Shown here: in pieces, positions 13,901-26,256 of the stretch
Numbering within the stretch: the stretch's first letter is position 1
Layout: the number at the start of each line of letters is the position of its first letter
Source of the DNA: Oculina patagonica
Lineage: Eukaryota
DNA: 64,000 nt
Assembly (NCBI RefSeq): GCF_052425735.1
Contig: NC_135760.1
Location: 26,102,001 to 26,166,000 of the forward strand
Reading direction: 5' to 3'
Notes under the pieces: model-generated
Databases searched by the model: none
Told to the model about the DNA's origin: nothing
The model's input: only the letters and a program-made list of their open reading frames with translations
Translations under genes and position numbers: made by a program

Positions 13901-15792
13901 CACAGGGTACAAGATAGGTTTCAACTTTGTAGATGAGTCTATTCTTCCTGTAAGTGATAACAAGGTGGAATTATACAAATACATGTTTCCACCAAACCTT
14001 GCCAAGCCAACTCTTGCTGTGTTTGGTTGTTTTCAACCTCTCGGTGCGATTTTTCCATTGTCAGAGCTGCAGGCGCGCTGGGCAACACGAGTGTTTAGTG
14101 GGAAATCATCGCTTCCTGCAAACATCGTCATGATGGAAGATATTGAGAAGAAAAGAAAAGCAATGCAAGAAAGGTATTATGCCTCAAAACGACACACCAT
14201 ACAGGTTAGACAAGGAGTTTAGTACATAATCAATAATAATAATCCCGGCCTGACCAATCGATGGCCTGACCGATCGATGATCAGAAATCAATCAATCAAT
14301 TGATATTAATCGATGATGGTTAGTTAATTGATATCAATTGGCATCGGCCAATCGATGACCAATCGATAGTCACAAATAAAATTTCCATAATTACATCGAT
14401 TGTCATCGATTGCTATCGATTTTCATCAATAGCTATCGATTTTCATCGATTATCATCCATTGTTATCGATACCTTACGGCGTACTTGGGCATCCCCAGGA
14501 TAATTCTACAGGATATCCGGAAATAGATTATATATATTGCAATCCTAAAACGACTGATTGTGAGCTGAGCGCACGATGTCTGAAGAAGCGGATAAAGTCG
14601 GGGATAAAGCAACGGACGTTACACTTGTTATTAAGTGCATAGTCAAAGGCTACCATCTTCTCAAGTACCCTATACGCTAGTGTAAACCTTGCCCCTTTTC
14701 TTAATAACGTTGTTTTTGCTGGATAACAGACATAACAGTAACGGTATATCACGAAAATGAATAAATGAGGTATTGATCGCTTTGAAGAGCCACTGAGTTG
14801 AAGTAATAACACGCATAATATTAAATCAAAACAAATAAAAAACAATCGATGAAAATCGATGGTAATCGATGATAATCAATGGTAATTGATGATAATCGAT
14901 GAAAATCGATGAAAATCAATGACAGTCGATGAAAATCGATGAAATTTAAAGTCACAAAATTTTCCGTCATCGATTGGTCACCAATTTCCAATATCAATCA
15001 ATTAATTGGCATCGATTATTATCGATTGGTATCGATTATCATCGATTATCGGTTTCATCGATTGGTCAGGCCGGGTAATAATAAATCCTGCATGTGATTC
15101 CATGAGTACACCTATCAGAGGTCTGAGCTCAGGCAACTACCAAGCTCTCTCTTCATGCTCCAACTCTCATTATCCTTCCCTTTTGAACGCTGGCCATGCA
15201 GTCTACTTTATTTAAACTTTTTTTTAAGAAAACATTGAATTTTGCATTTGTATACTTCATAATGGATAATTACATTGTTACCGTGTCAGCTACTTTGGCA
15301 ACGTTCTTGTGCAGTTGATCACTTAAAATTTTTCAGCTCTCAACAAATCGCTTGCTCAAACATCTGAGAGGACCCGAGGTAATGGAATGCAGGTCATCTC
15401 AAGCAATTCTGTATGTCCTATCATGTTTCACTGGCTATTTATTTTTTCCCTCCCTACAGGTTGACTATATTCCCTACGGTGATGAATTAGCAAATGAGAT
15501 TGGTTGTAAGCCCAACTTTGCCAAGCTCCTTTTCAGCGACCCTGCCTTAGCCCTGAGGTGTTTTTTCGGGCCTTGCACACCAGCACAATTCCGAATCATG
15601 GGACCTGGTGCTTGGGCGGGAGCCAAGAAGGCCATTGAAGATGCTCCTGAAAATGTGATTTACGCCACAAAGACACGCGTTTTGCAGCAGAAGGAGGATA
15701 AGGGGAACAACAGCGCTGCTGTTTACTTGAAGTTACTGGTTCTGTTAGTTGTTGTAGTTGCTATTCTAATGAGATATTTTCGTGAAACCTGA
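10993..15792 (+). CDS. Flavin-containing monooxygenase (FMO5-like), paralog 1, ~534 aa with C-terminal membrane anchor
   Basis: join(10993..11560,13501..14204,15460..15792); 1605 nt in frame. FAD motif VAVIGAGASG, FMO signature FSGLKIHSHAYK, NADPH motif VGIGNSAG, CTGY, ELQARW, hydrophobic C-terminus. Confidence 0.93.
14244..15075. mobile_element. Non-autonomous DNA transposon with CCCGG termini and ATCGAT-rich subterminal repeats, in FMO paralog 1 intron 2
   Basis: TIR cccggcctgaccaatcgatg / catcgattggtcaggccggg, inserted in a (TAA)n tract with taataat on both sides. Confidence 0.8.
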
Positions 15793-15936
15793 CCAATTTA
15801 TGAACATGATAGAGTTTTAAAAGGTGTTGTTGTGGTAGTGGCGCATGCTTGCTTTTCTGTTTCCAGGATCGCCCGTACTTAAAAACAATGCAACAACAAC
15901 CACTATTTTATTTTTGCAAAAGATAAATAGAATAAG

Positions 15937-16220
15937 AGAGCAGTTTTCAATTGAGTTTCGTAAAACCAAAAGTAAAGTAATTACTCTAGCCAATCACAAA
16001 GGACACAGACAATCCAGTGAACCAATCAAAACTCGAAGTACATGTACATGTAGCTGGCACGAAGCCCGGGAAAATGTGCATGAGTTTGTGACGATTGGCT
16101 TTAGTTTTACTTCTGATTGTTTGAGAAAGTGGCGTGTGATTTTCAACCCAATCACTAAGCGTGGTGATGCAAAACCAAAGCAAACGAGAATTACTTTCGA
16201 CACTCAGTGAAAACTGCTCT
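15937..16220. mobile_element. MITE downstream of FMO paralog 1
   Basis: TIR agagcagttttca / tgaaaactgctct. Confidence 0.7.
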
Positions 16221-16774
16221 AATAGTATAAAATAAATTAACTAACATAGGCCAAAAAACTACTCAGAATAGAAATTGACTAAACGAGGTGAGTAGTTACA
16301 AAATTATTTGATTAAAGAGAGAAGACGAAAGAAAAATAAGATATAAGTAATTATTACGAAGTTATTGTATAAATAGTATTTAAGTGATCAACTTTCTTAA
16401 AGGTGATCACTACATTGCTCAAACACTATTATTCATCAAGTTAAAACAAAGGAAATAAGAAACCGTGACCGTGATTTGTATATGTGATCTTAATTACCAC
16501 GTACAGATTTTAAAGATTCTTTTCACCTTTTTACTCCTTAGTTTTAGTCTCGATTGAGAAGATATAGCAAACATCATCGCATTTTCAAACACCTCGAAGT
16601 TCGTAAAAAAAAATGCTCCGCTGCGCGTCGTAATTTCAACTCTCTTCCCGTTGTTTGGAAATGTGATGAAACACTCTCTCCCGTGTTTCATATATTACGT
16701 CGTAACTCATAGTTTTAGGTTCATGGGCCACGCGGATATTGTAAAAATGTAACATCGGCGCGATGCTCTTGGAA

Positions 16775-16916
16775 TAGACTACGAGCAGTCCCTATTTTTT
16801 CGCAGAGTCCGTCGAGCTTGAAGCGAAAAAAATACAAGCTCGACGGACTCTTCGGAAAAAAATTTCGCATCAAGCTCGACGGACTCTGCGAAAAAATAGG
16901 GACTGCTCGTAGTCTA
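16775..16916. mobile_element. Short palindromic MITE, TAG...CTA ends, 9-bp TSD
   Basis: ~47-bp perfect TIR tagactacgagcagtccctattttttcgcagagtccgtcgagcttga; TSD CTCTTGGAA at 16766-16774 and 16917-16925. Confidence 0.9.
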
Positions 16917-17909
16917 CTCTTGGAATTGCCCTTGTGAAAAGTAGTTCAGTGCGTAGAACGTCTTGTAAAGTAGCATTATAGCTTTATTCAGGAAAACACA
17001 TTCGAGGTATTATAAACCAGTTGTGCTCGTCTTGTCAAGGTCAAAAGTAGTCCAAGTTTTAAGGTGCAAAAAGGGTTGTAGAATAGTTGCCGAGGGGGTG
17101 GAGGCACTCCCATATATGAGCTGTGAAGGGTATGGTTTTCAAGCAGTTTAGTCTGGGATAGGGTATAGAAATCAGAGAGTTTTGGTCTAGAAAAGGGTAT
17201 CATTTACTGGGAAACTGATCGACGGTCAGGTATGACAAATTAAGTCCAGAATAGGAATAGAAATTCGGAAGAGAAAAAGGCTTTCCTAAACGTAAATAAA
17301 ACCATCGTGGCATCGTTGTTGAAAGATGGTTTTCCATTTAAACACTGATAGTATATCCCGCAATCATTACGTTTCAGCTGCCTTACCCATGATAGAGTAA
17401 AAGGGAGTGTGGCGCTTGCAGCGACTGAACCAAAAAGAAATTCAAGAAATAAATACAGGGGAAGCTCTCGCAAGCGGACACCCTCGAGACGCGAAAAAAG
17501 TGTCCGTAACTGGAGCTGGTCGCTTACGAGAATGGTTCTCGTAAGCGGCCACTAGAGGGATAGGGGATAGATGGCCGCTTACGGGAGCTTGCCCAGCTAA
17601 AAATAACTGGACGGACGTGGATGACGACAAAACAAACACTGAAATATGGTACTGTAATTACTGTAAAATCATTGTGACAATCGCGAACGGCAATGTGAAG
17701 TTGATTGATAAAAACACGATATAGAGGTTGTTTATAAGATTTCCTTTGGGTTGTTCGCCTACGGGAGCTTAAAAGCAAAGAAAACGTCTAAGTAGTAATC
17801 TCTGAAAGTGTCCGCGGCCGCTTACGGGAATATCCGATTACGAGAATGTAAAAATACAGAGTTTGTATGGCAGTTAAAATCAGGATGGGGTTTCAAACAA
17901 GGCGGCCGT

Positions 17910-18035
17910 TAGACTTTCTCAAAGTCCTTTTAATTTTTTTTCCTCTGGTTGGTTGGGCCTCGCGACCTCGTTCGCTCGCACGGTCGTGACCGTGTTCGCT
18001 ATCCATTTATACGAGGTCGACTTGGAGCAAGTCTA
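17910..18035. mobile_element. Short MITE (TAG...CTA ends, 9-bp TSD) nested in an older repeat (~17455-18070)
   Basis: Ends tagactt.../...aagtcta; TSD GGCGGCCGT at 17901-17909 and 18036-18044. Confidence 0.8.
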
Positions 18036-19344
18036 GGCGGCCGTAAGTAGAGCTGTCCACTTTCGAGAGTGTCTAGGCGTGTCACCTTAAGGCCTGTCGT
18101 GGCTAGGTGTTAAAGTCTATTTTACAGGTCGTCTTTGAGGGTGCAAACAATCACGGAAAACCAAAGTTGAAAACAGGGAGGTTGATGGTTAGGTAACAAC
18201 GCCAAGTGAACCGTGCACGTCAGTCCCACAACGCAAAGCGAACCGGGCACGTCAGTCCCACAACGCCAAGTGAACCGTGCACGACCCAGGAGGATTACGT
18301 CTGGGACGAGGCAGTGATATCCCAGTTGTGAAAAATCGGATTCCCCTTCAAGTTAATGCGAAAGTGAACCATGTTGGCTCCACAAATAATTTATCTTAAT
18401 TTGTAAAAAAAAAAATCTTGAACATCGAAATTGGTAAGGGAAAATAAAGTGGTGCAGGTGTTATTTACAAACAAAGGTGTTTTGGGTGGAAACGAGTGAA
18501 TTAATGGCGAGAAAAAAAAAGATGAATAAAAGCAAATCGAAACAAAACAAAACAACGGCAACAGCAATAAAGAAAGGGTCATGCAAAGATGTTCATCATG
18601 TGCACCTTGCCATCCAAAGAGACCTGGGCTAGAGTGAAAACAGGAATTAAATCAAACACTTTTGAAGAATACTTTAGTTTTATTAAGTCCAGCAAACCTC
18701 AGAATTACAATGAACTCTGATAATAGCAAAAAGCTTTAAAGCACAGAGCAATTTGAACAACTTTCCCTTTGTAATAAACCTGGTAAACCCTAACCTAGAG
18801 TTTTTTGTCCTTTTTGGTGAAATTTAGACCTCTCTAGCCTCCCTAGGCCTGATGGGTTCTAAAAAATTCCACACTTAGTCTTCCTCCATGGTGGGGTGTG
18901 CCGTCCTCGCCGAAAAAAATCAGAGCCAATAAAAATGATATGGTTATGACATTTCAATGTTATTTGGCCGATTTCGGCGGGACTTTGCTTTACGATGCCT
19001 CCCCCCCCCCCCCCCCCCTCCCTGGGTAGTGAAGTTTCACCAGGAGCAATCCCCTATAAACATTGACGTTTCACCGTGTCTGTCTGACTACTTTTAAAAT
19101 TTACTTCGAGATAATCTTCCTTTAATTTTTTTTCAAAATGTTATACTAATAACGCAAAAAGGGCAAAATGATAAATGCGAGTAAATATTTTTGTCTAACT
19201 GACTAAACATAATTTAAGTTTAGTAACTAAGATTTAACAGCTTTAAGCTTGCACATGTCGTTTCAATTAAGCATGCATTATTTTTCCAGTGCCCCAATTA
19301 GTTTTCGCCATTGTATACCTGTTCTTCTTTTCCATTGTATACCT

Positions 19345-19520
19345 GTTCTTCATTCGACCGTCCGTCCGTCCGTTCTTTTGTTTGTTCGTTCGTTCTTTCG
19401 TTTATAATTTCTACTTTCGTGCGTTCGCCGGTTTATTCGTTCCTCCGTCAGTTCTTGCGTTCTTTCGTTCGTTCGTTCGTTTGTGCGTTGGCTGATTTGT
19501 TCCTTCGTCCGTTCGTTCAT
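19345..19520 (+). repeat. Degenerate (TTCG/TCCG)n low-complexity repeat
   Basis: ccgtccgtccgttc...ttcgttcgttcgtt tracts. Confidence 0.7.
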
Positions 19521-19932
19521 TTCAGTGGAATCCTGGAGGTTCCACAGTTTGTCACTTGTAACTCAACCAGGATGCTTAATTTAAAAAAAAAAAAAAAGAT
19601 TAGCTATACTTCCAAAGATTAATAGCATTGAATGGCCCGGTTTGTTTAAACGAAGATAAAGCTAATCTTAGATAAGCGTAAATTTTGGTTTCAATCTAAT
19701 AACTTTTCTCTTAGGTTTTCTGTCTATATTGTTCTTCAGTTTTGACTATGCTAATAAAAACTCCATAAAGCATTAGCATTAAAAAAAAAAACACTTTTAA
19801 TCGAGAGAATTAAAACCTTGGTTGAGTTTAAATCTTGGATTAGCGTTTATCGGTTGCCTAACAACCAGGCCCATGTCAATTTGATATATCAATGAATCAA
19901 TATCTTTCAATAATTCTACTTCTACTGTTTTA

Positions 19933-20472
19933 GGGCCTGTTTACAAGCAGGTAGGGTAACCCTAGGTGCTAGGGTTACCCTAGCAAGAGGATTAGAACAT
20001 AGCCCGGGTTTACAAGCAAAATTCGCAGGTAGGGTAACCCTACTTACCCGGATCAACTTACACCGGTTACGCTTCAGTTAACCTTGTAAAATTTTGTCGT
20101 TAGAAACTATTATTCGAAAATAATTCCGTTCCAACGCAAAAATACGACAAATTGTGAATGAACACGATGTTTCTTGGTCACAATTCGCTGTTTTTGACGG
20201 TATTTTTAAACATATTTAGCTTTTTGGAGACAAAATGAAGTTGTCCCGGGTAGGCGAGTTATCCCTAGCAGAGCGTTTACAAGGCGCTAGGGTTACCCTA
20301 GCAGCTAGGGTAACCCTAGCACTCAGCTAGGGTTACCCTAGCTGCTAGGGTAACCCTAGCGCCTTGTAAACACGTCGATGAAAAAAAGAAGAAATGTGGG
20401 AGCGCTAGGGTAACCCTAGGTGCTAGGGTAACCCTATGTGATAGGGTTACCCGCCTGCTTGTAAACAGGCCC
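19933..20472. mobile_element. PIF/Harbinger-type MITE with internal CTAGGGTAACCCTAG palindromic repeats
   Basis: TIR gggcctgtttacaagcagg / cctgcttgtaaacaggccc; 3-bp TTA TSD on both sides. Confidence 0.85.
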
Positions 20473-20620
20473 TTAAAACACACAACAATATCAGTTTGTT
20501 TCATTTCAAAACTAAATCAACGTCTTAAGGCTACAATTGTCTTTAGGTTAACAACGTTCAGCCATAGCCCACAAAACAGAGATTCTCATAAAATAGGGTG
20601 TTTTACCTCAGTTTATGTTC

Positions 20621-23255
20621 TCAGAAGTCGTCTTCAGTGAAACCTTCGTCTGCTTCTTTGATGGCACGACTTACGGTGTCATTTATTTCTTTTATTCTTG
20701 CTGGATCTTCAGGAGGAAGCACTTTTAGTAGCTCTGTTTCGATCTGCTTGATTCTCTTCTCCACTTTGTGGTGGAAGTGTTCTTTGGCTTCCATCACAAG
20801 CTTCCTTATAGCTTCTTGAGCCTCTTGGCTGCCTTCCATGAGCTCTGTCTTCTTCATCTCAATGGTGTGTCTTTCCTTCTCCGGATCCAAGGCGACCAAC
20901 TGGCCAAGACTCGCCAGGCGGCTCATCAGGTGGTTGCGGGATATTTCCACGTACGTGTTGGATATGGACCACACCACATACGACGTCGTATTTGCTTGGC
21001 TCACTTGCTCATAGATGAGATCGCGCATGAAATCACCATCAGCATAGCCGTTAGCCAGCACTCGCCTTTGGCCCACCTTGGCATAGTCGACAAAACTTTT
21101 TAGGCTTTCATTTTGACAAACCTTGATGATGTTGGTGATAAACTGGAAGAACTCCACCAGTTTCTGCCACTGCTCACGAACTGAGGCCAGGGCTTTGATG
21201 CCTTTCATCAGGGTGTCTCTTATTTGGTCGAAGTTAGCAATCTTCTCTGGGCTCAATTCGGCAAGGCTTTCTAACACCTTACTTAACTCTTCATTGTTCT
21301 CCTTTAGTTGCTTGCAAGTCTGATCGTAGCGGTCCTCTTGCCTTTCTAATAGGCCCCTTGTTTCAGCGATTTTGAACCGTGCACCTTCAACTGCTGTCTT
21401 AGCTGCACTTTTAGAGGTAGAACTTTGAGATCTGGCCATGTTTGCTTGCCTTGGAGATTTGGTAGTGAAAGGATTTCCTCCTGTCTTTGCACGAATTTTT
21501 GTGCACAACTTCATGACGTCATTCTTTAGTTCAGCTGCTTGTGTAGCAATTCCTTTGAGGTTCTCAGGTGAAAAGGTCAGCCCCTTCGTTATTGCTTCCC
21601 CTTCCTTGCTTATCTCCAAACCTTTTTTCAGAAGCTCTTGGACCTCTTTGTCTATTGGACCCCCTTTTTGGCCAGTCAAATCTTCCTGTAAGATTTCCAT
21701 ATATACCTTCATCGACTGAAGCTTTTTGTCCAACGGTTCTTCAGCACTGCTGGAGCCACTGTCGCCTTTAGCTTTTACAGAAGCAGAGTTAAGGTCTTCT
21801 GACAACTGAGTAGTGAGAAGCTTCAATTGCTCTCCAGCTTCTTTAAATTTTGGCACTGGGCCGGGAATTGGAGACTGCTCAATACCAGCTTCCTCCCCCG
21901 AATCTGCTGCTGCTGCCGCCGCAGAACCGGCGATAGATGCAAAAGGGTTTTTTGCAACTTTTGCGATGTCAACGACGCCATGTACGATTGTTTCAACAAC
22001 TTCCATGCCCAGGACATCCCATCCACTTGGCATAGAATCTACAGCCTTCTCCCAGCTTCTTTTCGCTTCTCGTACTTCCTTTTCTAGTTTTTCTTGCTGT
22101 TCTTTCGCCAAAGCCATCTTCTCGCGGGCTGCCTTTTCTTTAGCTAGGGCAATTTCTCGTCTCAGTTTTACTTCCTCTTGAGTTTTTTCATAATGTCCCC
22201 TGGCAGCTGAAGAAGCTTCCAATAGCTCGCCCGTCAGATCCATCACGTGCTCGAACTTTGCTTCAACTGATTGTGCCAAGCGCAAACATTCCGCAGAATT
22301 CCTCTCAATCTTTCCAAGTTCTATTGGAAGGAAGTCTTTGACATCCTCATCACTTCCCCTGACCAGAGTACGGACAACTTTCTTCACTTGATCTGGTACT
22401 TGAGCAGAATACAGTCGAATTGCATCCATGTTCTTGGAAAGAAAAAAATAATCGAATTTAGGTTTCAAGTCAGTGGAAATCCCCTGCTGAATGCCTTTGT
22501 CTTTTTATCAGTTTTCCTCGATTGGCATGTGCATAGAAGGATACCAAAAAGTCACCGAAGTATACCATTTTAGCATCGAAGCCTAAGTTACTATATTATT
22601 AATCGTGTTTAACGTATATTCTTAGCCGCGAAGGCCACCTTATGCATGTATTCGGGTAAATGGTCGTTTTAAATTTTATTGCACCCTAAAACTTATCAAA
22701 TATATGCGCAAGCCAGCGGAATACAAAAACAGTAAACGACCAATCGACCAACTGACCGAGCAAGCGAAATACACCGTTTTACTCGCGTTCATTGCCGCTC
22801 ATTAATGCGTTGTTTAAAGACTTAAAACTGTCATTAGAATAGGGCTCCAAATAATAGAAATTGTGAAAACACCAAAAACGTTTTAAATCACCCCAGGAAT
22901 GTTCTATCTTGCATTTTTTGTAAGCCTTTAGCGTTCTTACCTTGTGGGCTTCATTGAAAGCTCTCCATCCAGTATTGCTTACTTGCACCAAACATGCTCG
23001 AAATGATTCGGGATGTTTTATAAATTGGAAACCTTTCTCGGGCCTCTGCTGTTCCAGTGTGAAGTCCTTTTCCCCAGCAATCAGCAACAGGTGTCCCAGA
23101 AGGGCGATAGTCATGGGTGCAGGAGTCAGAAACTCTGCCCAGTTCACCTCGGGTGACATCATCAGCAAGGCCATCTCATTCTTGTCATTTCCTGAGTTGG
23201 AGCTTATCATCGCTTTGTTAAGATCTGCTACCATAGTGTCACTTGGTTCAGACAT
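20621..23255 (-). CDS. Uncharacterised ~708-aa alpha-helical coiled-coil protein with a central hydrophobic/amphipathic segment; putative large subunit of an alpha-pore-forming-like pair
   Basis: complement(join(20621..22432,22941..23255)); phase-0 GT-AG intron joins AFNEAHK|NMDAIRL. A splice acceptor at 23265-23266 just upstream of the ATG implies a 5'UTR intron. Long heptad-rich helices and the segment GWDVLGMEVVETIVHGVVDIAKVAKNPFASIAGSAAAAAA. The function call is inference. Confidence 0.85.
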
Positions 23256-23700
23256 GATTTTTCTCTGAAAATAAACAACCAACAAACAATAGTTTTATCG
23301 TTTATTTCCGCCCCGTGCTCCATAATGGATGTTCATAACGCATAATTTTAGGTGGGTTTTCGCCTTGCCATCCACATAACAACAGTCGAAAATATTACGC
23401 ACGCTTTCAGTGTTACGTGCATAGCGGATTTCTATCGACATCCATCTTTCGATGTGCTAAACAAACAAGACGGATCGAAATCCGCCAATCACAGCCCGCT
23501 AGAATGACCTTCTGAAATTGTCGGCTCTTTTGCATTAAACCAACATCGGTATGCAGCTGTTTTGATTGGCGCATTTCAAAAGAAAGACGATGTCGAAAGA
23601 TGGATGTAAAAAGATAGCTATGCACATAACACTGGAGCCGCGTCTGGAGGCGGGTGTAAAAAGGCGGCCCATAGTAGAGACAAGAAAACGGAGCCTTATC

Positions 23701-24140
23701 TAGGCTTTTGTACATTATGCTAGCATTTTTTCGAGCATTTTAGTGAAGCAAAAGCATTGAGCATTATTCGAGCATTTTAGTGGCATTTTCTCGGAAATTA
23801 TTTTTTTCCGAGAAAATATAAAATAAATTAACTTTTTTAGAGAAAATGAAGACTAAAACTCAAAATTCACAAAAACTTCAAATGCCACCTAATACAGGTG
23901 AGTGGAGACTGAGAGAAAGTCAGGGCCGGTTTTACGTTTCAAGAGTCAGGGCGGCCATGTTTGTTTTCCTTCGTGAGCCAAAAACTTTGAAATTAATTTT
24001 AAAAATACCGTTTGTACAATGAGCATTATCCGAGCATTTTAGTTACTTTTTGGGGGAGGCCGAGCATTTTGGTGGGAAAAATGGAGCATTAAGGTGGAGC
24101 ATTTTAGTGGGGAAACAAAAGCATAATGTAAAAAAGCCTA
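23701..24140. mobile_element. MITE with TAG...CTA ends and GAGCATTTT subterminal repeats
   Basis: TIR taggcttttgtacattatgct / agcataatgtaaaaaagccta; TSD only degenerate. Confidence 0.7.
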
Positions 24141-25792
24141 GCAGTATCGTATCAGTGTGGACGGCATGTCGAATGCACTGACGTCATTCGCGTATTTGTC
24201 GCATGCTCAGATGACCTTTAAAGCGTTTTTAACGCTGCATTCTCAAGCGAAAAGCAATAAGTGTGGACTGAAAGAACACTGAAAGAACGCTGCGAAAACG
24301 GTAGAGTGGACGGATGGGATTTCGGTAAAAACGGAGCGTTTCGAAAATGCGTAAGTGTATACTCGGGCCGGCCTTATTAACGCTCGCGTGTTTCGTATCG
24401 TTAGCTCGGGCCACCTGTGATTATTCAAATTACTACAACCGTATGCGTACTGTCCCGTAAGGCTTGCAGTCGATAACCTTCATTTGTAATACGCACCGCA
24501 AAAAAAGTTTATGCCTTAAGAATCCCTGAATATATCAATATCTGCATGTTGCTTTACCACACTAGTTTTCAGTGCGGCGAGCGGTTTATTTACGCAGGGC
24601 GGGAGAAGCCTTCTCCCTCCCTGATGTAGGCTTGCATATCAATCCACACATTGTTTAGGTCTCGTCGCATACTTTTCAACGCTATTTCCGGAAACTTTCC
24701 ACAAATGGCGATTCCTGTCTACAGACATCCTTTTCAAAACAACAGCGCTCTCCTAAGAAATTTGAATATTAGTGACTTGACCTTCCCAGAGTGTCACACT
24801 TACACGAATGCCGAAAATAAACTTCACGCAGCTATCCTATAAATACAAAACAAAAATCAATCCCTAATGGTTTTTTAATGCTTATAAACTTATTCGTTGA
24901 AACGATTCACCTCTCGCCTGGATGCGGCGACATATTTGTTAAAAAATATTTATTACACATTTCGATTTTATCTCTTCCAGGAAACATTGAGAAAAATATT
25001 GACATTTAAGTTTGATTTTCGTGAAATCATTCCATATTTTTATAGAAAAAGCAACTGGAGATTTTAATTGTAAGATAAGGAAAACGGCTGGAACAATTAT
25101 ATTCTGTAAAATTCTGTAATTCGAAATTCTGTAAAACGAAACATAATATTTGTAAAAATAGCGTTACAAATAAATATTTATTATCTTCTACCGAAAATAT
25201 TGCGTCGCGCTGTAGCGCGCTACAGAAGCGAAAATTCGCAGCCGGATGTAACCTGACCTGCGTTTGGATATTATCACTGAAGGTGGCACTGATCAAAGTC
25301 TATCGTCCTTTTCTCAGAACTCAATGCAAATTTTTTTCGTTAAAACAACAACGTTGCATGGGTCATTCATAAAGAAGCCCTCTTTGGGAAAAAAATTACA
25401 CAACCGACCTAAATGGAACGTCCTAGCGCCACCAGGCCAGTAAAGGCTTAGTGAAGTAGACAACAAGGAGAGTTTAGAAGGGCTTTCATTTATTCCAAGA
25501 ACAAGTGTTTCTTTGAGCGGCCAGGGCAAGGGCGAAAAGACTCTTAAAGGCAAAACGCCAAAACAATCTTCCCAGCCATCGAAAATGAAAATGCACCAGC
25601 CATCGCCACCATTTTCTCAAAATTCAATACATGGTCCAGTTTTCTCCTTAAATACTGCGCTGTCTAGAGTAACCCATTTAAATCAATAATTTTTAGAAGT
25701 GGCTTTTACCATACAACTTTCTTCTGACATTCAAAGGCGTTGAATCAACATCATTCGTTCATGTATATCGGATAAAACTGATATCTGACACT

Positions 25793-26256
25793 TACCTACC
25801 TCGTGTTAAAGCAAAACTTGTCGAATGTTCCTGTGTACCACACAACGCACGGAAGAAACTGGAATTGTCAGGCAACGGTAGAGGAAAAATTCACACAACC
25901 GATCTCAGTGGAGCGTCGATACACCACCCAGTTATATAGCTTAGCAAACAGGAAGTTTAGAGGGTATTTCCCTTATTCCTTGAATATTGCTCCTTTCATT
26001 TTCACCACGTGCACACTTGAAAGTATAATTGTTCCAGGAATAAGGGAACCCCCCTCTAAACTTCCCGTTTACTGCCGTTCTGGGCTGTTTTTACGGGAAA
26101 GTGTATGGTCATTCCATTGTGGTTGCTTTTGCTAATCAATTTGCGAGGACACTGTTTCATATTTGGACGTGATAACCCACTGCCTTCTGGCAATTTCATT
26201 TCTCCCGTGGCCACTGAAACCACTGAGACATCTTTCGCTTTAACACGAGGTAGGTA
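25793..26256. promoter_or_regulatory. Palindromic bidirectional promoter with inverted, homologous non-coding first exons
   Basis: Inverted-repeat core 25946-26070 (aaacaggaagtttagagggtatttcccttattccttgaa ... ttccaggaataagggaacccccctctaaacttcccgttt). The exact 20-mer GCTTTAACACGAG|GTAGGTA occurs on - (25793-25812) and + (26237-26256). Promoter function is inferred. Confidence 0.55.
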
